From: Octopus sinensis
Taxonomy: Eukaryota
NCBI RefSeq assembly: GCF_006345805.1
Contig: NC_043009.1
Coordinates: 23,312,001-23,376,000 of the forward strand
DNA length: 64,000 nt
Direction of reading: 5' to 3'
The notes beneath the pieces were generated by a model. The model worked only from the letters and a program-made list of their open reading frames with translations, ran no database searches and was not told the DNA's origin. Positions within the stretch are counted from its first letter, which is position 1, and every line of letters starts with the position of its first letter. The position numbers and the translations under genes were made by a program. Below are positions 29,863-41,035 of the stretch, one piece after another.

Positions 29863-29864
29863 AG

Positions 29865-30110
29865 GCTGCTGCAGAAAGCAAATTGGATGGTTTAGACGGC
29901 CAAGTTGGAAGACTGAGGATCACCGTTGATGACTTAACTAAGCAACTCAATGATGCCAACCATGCCAAGGCACGTCTCACCCAGGAGAATTTCGACTACC
30001 AGCACCAGGTCCAGGAGCTGGACAGTGCCAATGCTGCATTGGCTAAGGCTAAAATGCAGTTGCAAGCTCAGGTCGATGACTTGAAACGTTCATTGGACGA
30101 TGAATCCAGA
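29865..30110 (+). CDS. Prm: Paramyosin exon 6 ([17 protein letters not shown]...[12 protein letters not shown])
   Basis: 246 nt phase 0/0, AGA|gtaagt donor; unusual acceptor (TTA)n-aaag|. Confidence 0.92.
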
Positions 30111-30184
30111 GTAAGTATCCTCTACATTTTTTCTATATCCTATGCCATACTATGATATGATATAATCATACACACACAAGCAAT

Positions 30185-30944
30185 TATTTAATAAAATCGC
30201 CATTGGCTTCAACTACGTCCTCCAGACGACTTCGGAATCTCCTGCAACTCTTCTGGACTGTCACCTTTTTTAAGTTGGTAAATGTCATACTCTTTGCCTT
30301 CAGTTCCTCTTTGGTGTTACAAGGAGTTTTGTTGGTCTCTCGCTCAACTCCGCCCCACACATAATAATCAAAGGGTTGCAGTCTGGGGAGTTAGGTGGCC
30401 AGATGTTACGGGTGATGTGGTCGCAGAAATTGTCTGGCATCCATAATTGGGTTCTCCTGCTTGTGTGACATAGTGCAGAGTCCTTTTGCCAGACATAGGG
30501 TCTTCCAGCGGCCAACCTCTTAACCCAGGGCAGCACTACCTCCTCCATGTACTTGATGTAGGCCTTTGTGTTGAGTCCATGTTGAATGTGGGAAGATGAA
30601 TGGAGGCATAACGTCACCATCACTAGTGATCACACCAAACATCATGATGCTGATTGGATGTTTGGCTTTTATAACTCTCGGTACATGTTTGGGGGACACG
30701 GCAAGCCAATGGTTGTTCTGTGTGTTTTCCATCTGTTCGTATTGGAGCTTCCGGCGCGAATGCCAGGCAGTACAGCATGTCGTTTCCAAATTTCTGGCCG
30801 AGTGAGTTACGTCATGGTGCTGTTTTTCTCACAGACGGTGTCCAACTGACCCTACTATACTGTGTAGGCGACAAAATCAAAAACAAACAATGTACATGCG
30901 CGAAAAAAAAATTTAAATGGCGACAATTTCCCCATCGTACCCTG
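30185..30944 (-). mobile_element. Internally deleted Tc1/mariner element of the DD37D (maT-like) type, in paramyosin intron 6
   Basis: Frameshifted minus-strand peptides MFGVITSDGDVMPPFIFPH, YVWQKDSALCH and WPPNSPDCNPL-DYYVWG give 37 residues between the 2nd and 3rd Asp once a 1-bp deletion is corrected. One CAGGGT-type end at 30944; the other end and the N-terminus are missing. Confidence 0.8.
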
Positions 30945-31098
30945 TTCAAATACATATATACATGCATACATGCATTCATACATACATACATACATACACA
31001 CACACACATATAAACATATGATACATATATATGGTTCATACACACACACACACTCACACACAATATATATATATGCATATATATATAATATATATATA

Positions 31099-31143
<45 letters not shown>

Positions 31144-31535
31144 ATATATATTATATGTGTGCATACATACATATATATATCATATATATTTGTGTATCCA
31201 TGTTATTAGTATTATGTATCACAACCAGATAACTGTGATACTTGATTGGTTAATTAAAGCTAATTTTATTTAAAAGTTGTGTTTGCCCATATCCTCAAGA
31301 ACATTATACAACATACGTATATACATACATATTATATATATATATACACACATATATATAGATATATGTATACATATACATACATATACATTCACATATA
31401 TACATATACGTACATATATACATAAATATATGTACACACACATACACACACACACATATATATATCTGAGCGCCTATTAATAATAATACTGTAATTGTTC
31501 CATTGTTGTTGTTTTTTTGTTTTCCCGTTTGGATT

Positions 31536-31593
<58 letters not shown>

Positions 31594-31664
31594 CATGCAT
31601 TTATATATCTATGTATTCTTATATTATTATTGTATCACTATATTGAATTCTTCTTCTTACACAG

Positions 31665-31861
31665 CAACGTAGCAACTTGAGCGCCCAGCTTGCTGCTCTG
31701 CAGTTAGACTTCGACAACTTGAACGCCCGTTACGAAGAAGAGTCTGAAAGTAACACCGTTCTTCGTAACCAACTGAGCAAAATAAATGCCGAATATAGCG
31801 CCCTTAAGACCCGATTCGACAAGGAAATATTGGCCAAGACTGAAGAATTGGAAGATCTCAA
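31665..31861 (+). CDS. Prm: Paramyosin exon 7 (QRSNLSAQLAALQLDFDNL...KTEELEDL-K)
   Basis: ttcttcttacacag| acceptor, 197 nt, AA|gtaagt donor in phase 2. Confidence 0.94.
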
Positions 31862-31901
31862 GTAAGTTAATTCAACCAGTTTGGCCAAACTGCTGCATCT
31901 A

Positions 31902-31972
<71 letters not shown>

Positions 31973-31976
31973 ATCT

Positions 31977-32045
<69 letters not shown>

Positions 32046-32047
32046 AT

Positions 32048-32081
<34 letters not shown>

Positions 32082-32226
32082 GAGAGAAAGGAAGAGAGAA
32101 ATAAGGAAAGCACTACCCCACTGTCAAACTATAAATAGAAATCAGAAAATAACAAATCAAGAAAATAATTTGCGAATGAATGAGTTTATCATAATTTAAC
32201 GAGCGTCCCTTTTCTTTAATCTTCAG

Positions 32227-32359
32227 ACGAAGAATGAACCTCAAAGTCAGTGAATTGGAAGATTTACTTGAACAATCCCGCGTTCGTATCAACAACTTGG
32301 AAAAGACTAAGATTAAACTCACCACAGAAATCAAGGAACTCACCATTGAAATTGAGAAT
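32227..32359 (+). CDS. Prm: Paramyosin exon 8 (RRMNLKVSELEDLLEQ...ELTIEIEN)
   Basis: tttaatcttcag| acceptor, 133 nt, AAT|gtaagt donor. Confidence 0.94.
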
Positions 32360-32790
32360 GTAAGTGAATTCGAAGTTTTTTATCTGCTACCTCCCAATCC
32401 TCCATTACCACAATATAACGGGTGAAGGGGAATGAAATCACATGATCGCTAGAAATGGCAGCTAAATATCCTTCTCAAATAACAAATTGAAAACGTTAGT
32501 GAATTAGATGCATTTTCATCAGCTACCTCATGATCCTCGTATTACCACGATCTCACTAAGATGAGAAATCACATGATCGTTCGCCTGGCTAGAAATAGCA
32601 GCTAAACATGATCACTCGAACGGCTAGAAATAGCAGCTAGGTATCCTTCTCAAAGTATAAAATTGAGAATGGAAGTGAATTAAAAGTATTTGATCTGCTA
32701 CTTCACAATGATCATGATCAAGATTTAACGAGAGCAAGAAGTCACATGACAGGTTAGAAATAGCAGCTAAATATTACTCTCAAATCAGAT
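32349..32790 (+). repeat. Three imperfect tandem units (about 135, 176 and 127 bp) starting at the exon 8 donor
   Basis: aaattgagaatgtaagtgaatt (32349), aaattgaaaacgttagtgaatt (32484) and aaattgagaatggaagtgaatt (32660), each followed by ...cacatga..g(c/t)tagaaat(g/a)gcagctaaa. Confidence 0.85.
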
Positions 32791-33527
32791 CACCCCCTTC
32801 CACTGCATTACAAGAAAGGAAGATTATAATTGGTTAATGCAGCCTTAGGTATAATAAATCTGAACAAAAGAAAGTATGAGATGATCGTGTCTAGAATGTT
32901 TCGGATCACAGGTATACTGTATTAGGCTTAAACAAAAACAACAACAGCAACAACAATAACAACAACAACGATATCATAACAAAAATTATAACTGTGACCA
33001 TAGTATGGTCATCACTCGCCATTACTGTTCTGAACCAAGTAGGGATCTTGTATATAATATATTTTCTCGACATGTTAGAATTAGCAATGAAATCTCTGTT
33101 ATACCACCCACCCTACAAAGGAGGGCAACAACCGGATAGAAAGTGAGGGTGATGCATGTCAGCCACTGAAGTATTCTCTATAGGCCTGAGGTGTTTTCAA
33201 AAGAAATTTTCAAACTTAATATATTGATATTTGTTGGTCAGTGAGCAATCGAGGGCTTTCGGGCAAATAAAAAAAAAATAAGCCCTATAAAAAGTGAACC
33301 ATTACAAGATGAAGTTGCTGATCCTTGCTGTAACATCTTAAAAAAATAGAGGAAGGACATACCAAAACTCCTTTGATTTAAGCGCCTATATGCACAGTTG
33401 ATTTCTTATAGTTTCTTTCCTCTTTAGATCTGTTGAATATATTTTCTCCTCAAACCTTCCGGTTTTCTTTAGCACAATCGCAACGGCTGACATTTATCCT
33501 ATACATTTGGTGCCTTTCGTTTCACAG

Positions 33528-33744
33528 ATCCAGATCATTGTTCAGGAACTCACCAAGAAGAACCGTCAACTCGAAAACGAAAATGCTTCATTGGGCAAAC
33601 GTGTTGAAGAATTGCAAGCTGAGAACGCCAACTTGTTGTCTGCTAACCGAAACTTGGAACAGGAGAATCATCGTCTCAAGGTTTCTAACGCTGAACTCGG
33701 AGAGAGAGTTGATAACCTCACCAGGGAGAACAAACAGCTTACTG
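33528..33744 (+). CDS. Prm: Paramyosin exon 9 (IQIIVQELTKKNRQLENEN...LTRENKQLT)
   Basis: tttcgtttcacag| acceptor, 217 nt, G|gtaagt donor in phase 1. Confidence 0.94.
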
Positions 33745-33914
33745 GTAAGTAGAAGACTAGGAAAATATTTCTACACAAACATAAGGACACATGTAGACAT
33801 ACATACACACTGACTTGCATACAGATATACACACACATATTCGCGAAATAGTTTCTTTTCACAAGCCTAAAGAACCCACAATAATCGAACTGATATATGT
33901 ATGTACGCATGTAT

Positions 33915-33959
<45 letters not shown>

Positions 33960-34099
33960 ATGTATGTATGTATAAATGTATGTGTATATTTGAATACATA
34001 TGCATCCATATGCATATATACGTATATATATATGCGCGCGCCTGCACATACACACACACCCACCCACACCCACACCCACACACACACACACACACACAC

Positions 34100-34133
<34 letters not shown>

Positions 34134-34366
34134 GACGCTCTTTTGTACAGATGTGATAACAATGGAGACTTCTTGCAGTAGGTGTTACAATATTGTTTTG
34201 GTAAATTTCGTTATCACGTTTCAGTCCGCTTTCTGGGGCACAACATTTTTTTCACATTTCCTGCAAAAGAAGATGCCATAAAATGCATAGTTATCAACTT
34301 CCCTGTGCTCTTCTGATGACTTCTAAGTTCTTCCTTAGATAAACACAGCCACAGTCCTTACGTGTT

Positions 34367-34418
<52 letters not shown>

Positions 34419-34514
34419 CCGTACATATGCACACACATCCAGTCCCCAATATCCTACTTGTGTTTCTTTCCTTTCAATGTTTTACATATATTTTTTTACC
34501 CTATCCATTTCCAG

Positions 34515-34741
34515 ACAACCTCCGTGAAACCGTCAACGCATTGAAAGATGCTAACCGCCAGCTTGCCGAACTCCAGGCTCTCCGCGCTCAATTGGAAGCC
34601 GAACGTGATTCCCTTACCATTGCTCTCCGTGACACCGAAGAAAGCTTGCGTGATGCCGAAAACAAACTGCAAGCCGCCACCACCGCTCTCAACCAACTCC
34701 GTAGCGAGAGACTGACTGACAGACCCTCAGTGAGAAATTGA
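34515..34741 (+). CDS. Prm: Paramyosin exon 10, 3' end disrupted (DNLRETVNALKDANRQL...ALNQLRSE, then aberrant sequence and TGA)
   Basis: ccatttccag| acceptor in phase 1 and a clean coiled coil to 34708. Then RLTDRPSVRN*K*D*IESI in the same frame, with no phase-2 GT donor after ATC (34765). Confidence 0.85.
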
Positions 34742-34846
34742 AAATAAGATTGAATTGAAAGCATCTCTACTCGCTCATCTGTCTCGTCTCTTCATCATCA
34801 TCATAATTATTCATTTACACATACATCATCATAGTAGTTATTATGT

Positions 34847-34903
<57 letters not shown>

Positions 34904-35033
34904 TGCTCCGATCTATTTATTATACACTACATATATATTAGATTCTTGCCATATGCATTCTCACACACAAATTATATCATCATCTTCATCACCATTTTAT
35001 TATTTCACCAACTTTTTTTTTTCACTACAACAG

Positions 35034-35229
35034 GAAGAGCAGCGCTCGTGCCATTGAAGAGCTTCAACGCACTTTGGTGGAAGTCGAGACCAGATACAAG
35101 AGCGAACTCAACAGACTCAAGAAGAAATATGAAACTGACATTAGGGAACTGGAGACCGCTTTGGATGTTGCCAACAGGCAGAACGCTGAACACATCAAAG
35201 TCATCAAAACTCTGCACATCAAGATTAAG
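35034..35229 (+). CDS. Prm: Paramyosin exon 11 (KSSARAIEELQRTLVEVETRYK...TLHIKIK)
   Basis: tttttcactacaacag| acceptor requiring phase 2, 196 nt, AAG|gtcagt donor. Confidence 0.93.
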
Positions 35230-35585
35230 GTCAGTTCGAGGTTTAATTTGACCGAATTTATTCTTGGTGCTGTTGTTGATGTTGTAATTGTACCTATTGT
35301 TGGAAATGATATCATTGCATTGCGAAATATTCTATAAGCTTTCATTAAACAGATCCCGTTAATGCAAGGTCGTGAAGGTCTCTTAGTAAACAAAATGTTG
35401 CTCACAGAAATCCGGAATAGTCTTCAATACTATTGGTTTCTGACAACGATACTTCGTTGCTTCTCTTTTTGGAAATTAGCTTTCGCCATATATGTGTGCT
35501 CTACTCTTAGAAGTCATTCAGCTCAGAACTGCATTCTACTGGAACTGACATTAATTATTATACAGTGTGTCTCTACCACACATAA

Positions 35586-35848
35586 CAGTAGTTCTCAACC
35601 ATTTTTTTCTATAAGGACTCTTTTGGTTCTTACTTTACTCTACTGGACTTCCATAGTTAGCTAATATATATATATATATATATATATATAAACAACTTAT
35701 GTATTTTTATAATTAAATATTATTAGGAATTGTATAGAAAATTAAATTTTTTTGTGTATTATAGAAGTATAATTTATTACACATAAATTTTAACAGCATT
35801 CTTATATGGGCCACCAAGGGCCATATGGGCTCTGGTTGAGAGCCACTT
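35586..35848. mobile_element. Probable hAT-type MITE remnant in paramyosin intron 11
   Basis: CAGTAGTTCTCAACC ... GGTTGAGAGCCACTT: a 12/15 inverted match resembling the CAGTGGTTCTCAA hAT end. The 8-bp TSD is poorly preserved. Confidence 0.5.
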
Positions 35849-36270
35849 TCATAAAACAATGAACTGTTACCGCACCGTGCATAAATTCCTAGCGACGAAC
35901 AGTTATTGTAGTTTATCCTGAACGAACTCGTTCACATTGATCGAACTTTGAATAGCTTCGTATCTTTTTTCTTTTCTTTTCTTGGAAGCACTCGGTACTA
36001 TGAATATTTGGTACCAAGAAGTCGAAAAACTACAATTATTAGTTTTACTGTTGTTGCAACTGACCCGAGGTTAGTCCTACTCCACCCCAACAGAGCTTAT
36101 ATAAACTAAACCATGTCCCTAACCACACATCACAGTAAGCCATCCTTCTCCCTCTCTTCACGGAAAAATACTTCTTCAACATTCCTTCCACTCTTACCCC
36201 TTTATCTCCTCTACCAACTACTTATATTTTCTTCTTAATCCCTTTTTTTGTTTCTCTGTGTCCTTTGCAG

Positions 36271-36399
36271 GAAATCGAAACCCGTCTTGAGGAAGAACAT
36301 CGTATCAGCGAAGACCTCCGTTCCAGCTTGTCTGTATCTGAAAGGAAACGCATCAGCCTTCAAACCGAACTTGAAGATTGCCGTTCTCTTCTTGAAACT
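36271..36399 (+). CDS. Prm: Paramyosin exon 12 (EIETRLEEEHRISED...DCRSLLET)
   Basis: tcctttgcag| acceptor, 129 nt, ACT|gtaagt donor. Confidence 0.94.
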
Positions 36400-37766
36400 G
36401 TAAGTATTTATGATTCCACATTTCGATATGGTCACTTGCGCTGACCATTTACAAATGAGCATGGTGACCATCGGTTTTAGCTTGACAGCTTAATGTCCCT
36501 ATGGTACATTATTTGCGTAAATGGATGTGGCCATATCATAGTTTGGCTTAGATATAAATGTAAATTGTGTGTGTGTGTGTGTGTGTGTGTGGAGAGTGAG
36601 AGAGTGAGAGAGAGTGAGAGAGAGAGAGAAAGAGAGAGAGAGTGGCAGTGACCATATAAATATCTGTAGAATTCACGCTGTGACAGTCCTCGCTGCCCCA
36701 CTTAGGAGAAGCGTACAAGGTTAAGGACCAAAACGCTGTGATCCTGAGATGCCTACTGACGATACGGAAAAGGGTTCCGACGTTGCCATGAATTCAGAAG
36801 TAGATCTTGCAAAACCACTGAGTAGATCTTGCAGTTTCTTCGTGGGGCAAAGTATCTTTGAAATTTATTTCACCTTACACTTGCTAATCAAAGTGTGAGA
36901 AAATGTAACCAAACCAAGTCGTGGTTTTAACGAAATATTGTAGAAGATATACAAAGTAACTGGATTGGTACATTTTTATCGATCCAGAAAAGAAAATTGG
37001 AGAGCGAAGTTGGCTTTGGCAGGATCTGCACTAAAAGCGCAGAGAGTCGGAACTAATACCACATGCATTTTATCAAACATTCGAAAGGCTCTGCCAATTT
37101 ACTTTGTTTTAAAAGTATGAATCCAGGTGATGGATTGGCGAAACTTTTAGAGAATCGGGAGAGATACTTCGCCGTAACTGTTCTGTCTAATTGTGTTCTG
37201 ACAGCAACGCTTGCTACCACTCTAGTGCTAAGCTGTCGATGGCCCTTTCCTTGGATAAACATATGTGTCTGTTGGGAGGATAAATATTTGCATACATGAG
37301 CAGCTGCTAAGTTTCCTGAAAAAAAAATGTCTTTATCAGGCCTGCAAACACATAAAATGTATGGTCAACATTGACCGACAAAGGTCATACAAATTGGCAA
37401 AGTAACCATACTGCATTTTTTGATTTCTTGTCAAGCCATCACACATCTAATACTCATGGGAACTATATGAATGACGCGATATTCCATTTTCTTCCTTGAC
37501 CTAAAATATAGGGCCTGATTTTATATATTTGTTATGATACGCGTCGTAAAGTGAGAAATAGCTTCTTGACAAATCAAATTTACAAGATGACTTTGATTCT
37601 TGTCCCCTGTTGTGGATATTTTACTTTCCTCATGTTGTTAGGTTAAGCATGAATAATGCAACTTTTGATTTTCTGTTCTTGCCCCCTTAAACAAATAAAT
37701 GCTGTTGCCGACCAGTCGAAAAATAAAACGCTAATATGTATATATATTTTTTATTCTTCCAAACAG

Positions 37767-38138
37767 GCTGAACGTTCTCGCAAGAATGCTGAAAATGAAT
37801 TGCACGAAACCACTTCACGCTTATCCGAATGCCAACTTCTCATCACTTCCCTTACAAACGACAAGAGACGCTTGGAAGGTGACATCCACGGTATGCAAGC
37901 CGAATTGGATGAGGCTATCAATAACATGCGTGCTGCCAACGATCGTGCTGACAGGCTAGCCGTCGAAGTTAACCGTCTTGCTGATGAACTCAAACAGGAA
38001 CAAGAGAACTACAAGAATGCTGAAAGCCTTCGCAAGGCTCTTGAAATTGAAGTTAGAGAAATCACTATTAGACTGGAAGAGGCTGAGGCTTTCGCCCAGA
38101 GGGAAGGAAAGAGAATGGTTGCCAAATTGCAAGCACGT
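37767..38138 (+). CDS. Prm: Paramyosin exon 13 ([12 protein letters not shown]...[12 protein letters not shown])
   Basis: ttcttccaaacag| acceptor, 372 nt, CGT|gtaagt donor; contains [14 protein letters not shown]. Confidence 0.95.
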
Positions 38139-38429
38139 GTAAGTAAATGCAATTTCTGCAGCACATTATCGTCGCAATTTTGTATTTTTTATTTCCGTTC
38201 GCAAACACTTTTTCTCATTTTATCTTTTTCATTTGTTTTTATTTATTCATTCATTTCGCTCTTTCACTCTTCGTTCTTCTTCCTTTATATTTATTTCTCT
38301 TTTTCTCTCTTCTACTCAATTTCTTTCTTTCTTACACTCTTTCTTGCTTCTTTTCTTTTTTTTGATTAGTTCTTGCAGTTAGTTATTCCGCCATCAGCTT
38401 TCTTTTTCTTTATTCTGTCTGTCTGTCAG

Positions 38430-38494
38430 TCTATCTATGTATCTATCTATCTAACTATCTATCTACCTATCTATCTATCCATCTATCTATCTAC

Positions 38495-38555
<61 letters not shown>

Positions 38556-38630
38556 CATCTATCTACCTATGTATCTATCCATCTATCTATCTATCTTTCT
38601 ATCTATCCATCTATCTATCTACCTATCTAC

Positions 38631-38685
<55 letters not shown>

Positions 38686-38754
38686 CCTATCTATCTATCC
38701 ATCTATCTATCTATCTATCTTTCTATCTATCCATCTATCTATCTACCTATCTAC

Positions 38755-38821
<67 letters not shown>
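38430..38821 (+). repeat. About 390-bp (ATCT)n tetranucleotide microsatellite with variant units
   Basis: Direct reading of the sequence. Confidence 0.97.
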
Positions 38822-38824
<3 letters not shown>

Positions 38825-39020
38825 CTTTTTATTGGCCTCGTATTTTTTGCATTACTTTCTTTTTATCTCCTTTCTGCTCTCTTTCGATTTTCTCTCTCTC
38901 TCACTCCTTTCTTATTCCTTTCTCTCTCCTTCATTCTTTATCGTTCCCAATTATTCATTGGATTATTGAACTACTGATTGATTGATCAGTCATTAATCAA
39001 TTGATTATTTCAACTTTTAG

Positions 39021-39221
39021 GTCAGAGACTTAGAAGGTGAACTGGAAGTGGAACAGCGCCGATCAAGGGAAGCCATTGCTTCTTATCGCAAGGTTGAGCG
39101 CCAGTTCAAGGAATTGACCACAGCTATTGAAGATGACCGAAGAGTTATTGCTGAATTGACCAGTGCCAACGACCAGCTCTTACTTAAAGTCAAAGCCTAC
39201 AAACGCCAATTGGAAGAGGCT
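39021..39221 (+). CDS. Prm: Paramyosin exon 14 (VRDLEGELEVEQRR...KAYKRQLEEA)
   Basis: caacttttag| acceptor, 201 nt, GCT|gtgagt donor. Confidence 0.95.
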
Positions 39222-39457
39222 GTGAGTTCAACGTCATCACCGTTATCTTCGTCGTCGTCGTCGTCGTCGTCGCCATCGTCGTCGTGCTCATTGTTGTCAT
39301 CATCCTCATGTCCATCATCATTATCATCATCATTCTGTTCATCATCATCATCACCACTACCATCACCATTTCATCGAGTTTTAACACATGGCACTGAAAA
39401 AACTGTATGTGTGTGTACTTAGAAAAGTGTCAATTGATCAGATATATTTGTGTGTGA

Positions 39458-39548
<91 letters not shown>

Positions 39549-39574
39549 TCTGTGTGTGTCCTCATGCTAAAAGA

Positions 39575-40115
39575 ACGTATTAGTAATTGATGTTAATCCA
39601 GTATAGTTTTGATGATAATCCTATATGGAACTGATATTAGTCTAATATAGCTTCGATAATAATCTTTTATGTTAATCTAATATAGTTTTGATGATAATCC
39701 AATATGGATGCAATGAGAATCCTATATAGAATTTATGTCACTCTAATAATGATGATAATACAATATAATTCTATACAGGTTTAATAATAACCCAATAAAG
39801 AAGTGATGTTAACCTAATGTTACTCTTTAGAGCGGCGAGCTGGCAGTGTCGTTGGCATGCCGGACAGAATGCTTAGTGGCATTTCGTCCGTCTTTACGTT
39901 TTGAATTCAAATTCCGCCGAGGTCGACTTTGCCTTTCATCCTCTCGGGGTCGATAAAATAAGTACCAGTTAAGCACTGGGGTCGATGTAATCGGCTTACA
40001 CCCTCCTCCGAACTTCCTGGCCTTGTGCCACAATTTGAAACCAGTCTAATATAACTTTGATGATAATCCAAAAGAGGTCTGGCGATAATCCTATACAGGT
40101 TTGATAATAATACCA
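39575..40115 (+). repeat. Degenerate about 20-bp minisatellite split by a SINE A insertion
   Basis: Units like gatgataatcctatatagttt at 39575-39820 and again at 40045-40115, on both sides of the SINE. Confidence 0.65.
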
Positions 40116-40623
40116 TACAGGTTTGTTTTCCTATTTTGATTTTGTTTTGACACTCCATGGCTGATTATAAAAAGCTGACTTCTCTCACATGTAATTCTTT
40201 TATATTCCGGGAGAAAATTGCTTAACCTATGCACTTCAAAGGTTATAAACAGCTTTGCCTGGAGAAAGTTAATTAGCTTTATTACTTGGAATATAAAAGG
40301 GAAACCCAAAAACATAATCTTCGAGGATGCCGCAATCATTAGTGAATGGAAATCCTGAATATATTTCCTAAACGGCTTAGGTCCTATTATTATGCTAATT
40401 TCTCGCCTCTGACCAATGGGCTGTTTGTTGTTCTGTTAAGACACCGCCGTCTATATGATAATTAAAATGTGAGGCTTTCCTTAAAACTGCTACTTTGCTT
40501 TTCCTAATTGTGAGTCGTGAGTTTGAGCAAATAGAATTTTTTTTAATTTAGAGAGTAAGCAACCATAATAACTTAATAAAACATCGTTACTTGTCTGCAT
40601 TTCGAAATGTTTGACTTTTTCAG

Positions 40624-40785
40624 GAGGATGTTACCACAATCACCTTGAACAAATACCGCAAGGCTCAGCAATTAGTGGATGACGCTGAACACAGAGCAGA
40701 TTTGGCTGAGAAGAATCTTTCTGCGGTACGAAGATCTCGTTCGATGTCCGTTTCAAGGGAGATAACCAGAGTCGTGAGGATATAA
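40624..40785 (+). CDS. Prm: Paramyosin exon 15, coding part (EDVTTITLNKYRKAQ...SRSMSVSREITRVVRI*)
   Basis: gactttttcag| acceptor, 53 aa then TAA at 40783-40785. Confidence 0.95.
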   Translation, partial: EDVTTITLNKYRKAQQLVDDAEHRADLAEKNLSAVRRSRSMSVSREITRVVRI

Positions 40786-40929
40786 GCAGATGCTGAGTGA
40801 CCCGGAAGCCAGCCAACCACCGCCGACGGTGAGCTCTACTCACTACTTATTTGCTTCAACACCACCACAACCACAACCATCACTGTTACAACACTTTTAA
40901 ATACCTTTTTAACACATTCACTGTTAGTA

Positions 40930-41035
40930 AATAAATATTGCAAATACACCACTGCTTAGTTAATACCTAAACACAGCGTAAATGACAAACAATAAATAAA
41001 GAAGGAAACAGTATTATGACAAACAGAAAAATAAA
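40930..41035 (+). terminator. Candidate polyadenylation signals of paramyosin
   Basis: AATAAA at 40930, 40991 and 41030, about 145-250 nt after the stop. The background is AT-rich, so the site actually used cannot be determined. Confidence 0.45.

Noticed and set aside
32349-32790. CRISPR-like repeat-spacer appearance
   Set aside because: Eukaryotic intron, whole units (including the would-be spacers) are homologous, and there are no cas genes; this is a tandem duplication.
40621-40626. NAGNAG (CAGGAG) at exon 15 and the CAG-ATC-CAG tandem acceptor at exon 9
   Set aside because: GAG is rarely used and such 1-2 residue variants are common; no evidence of use.
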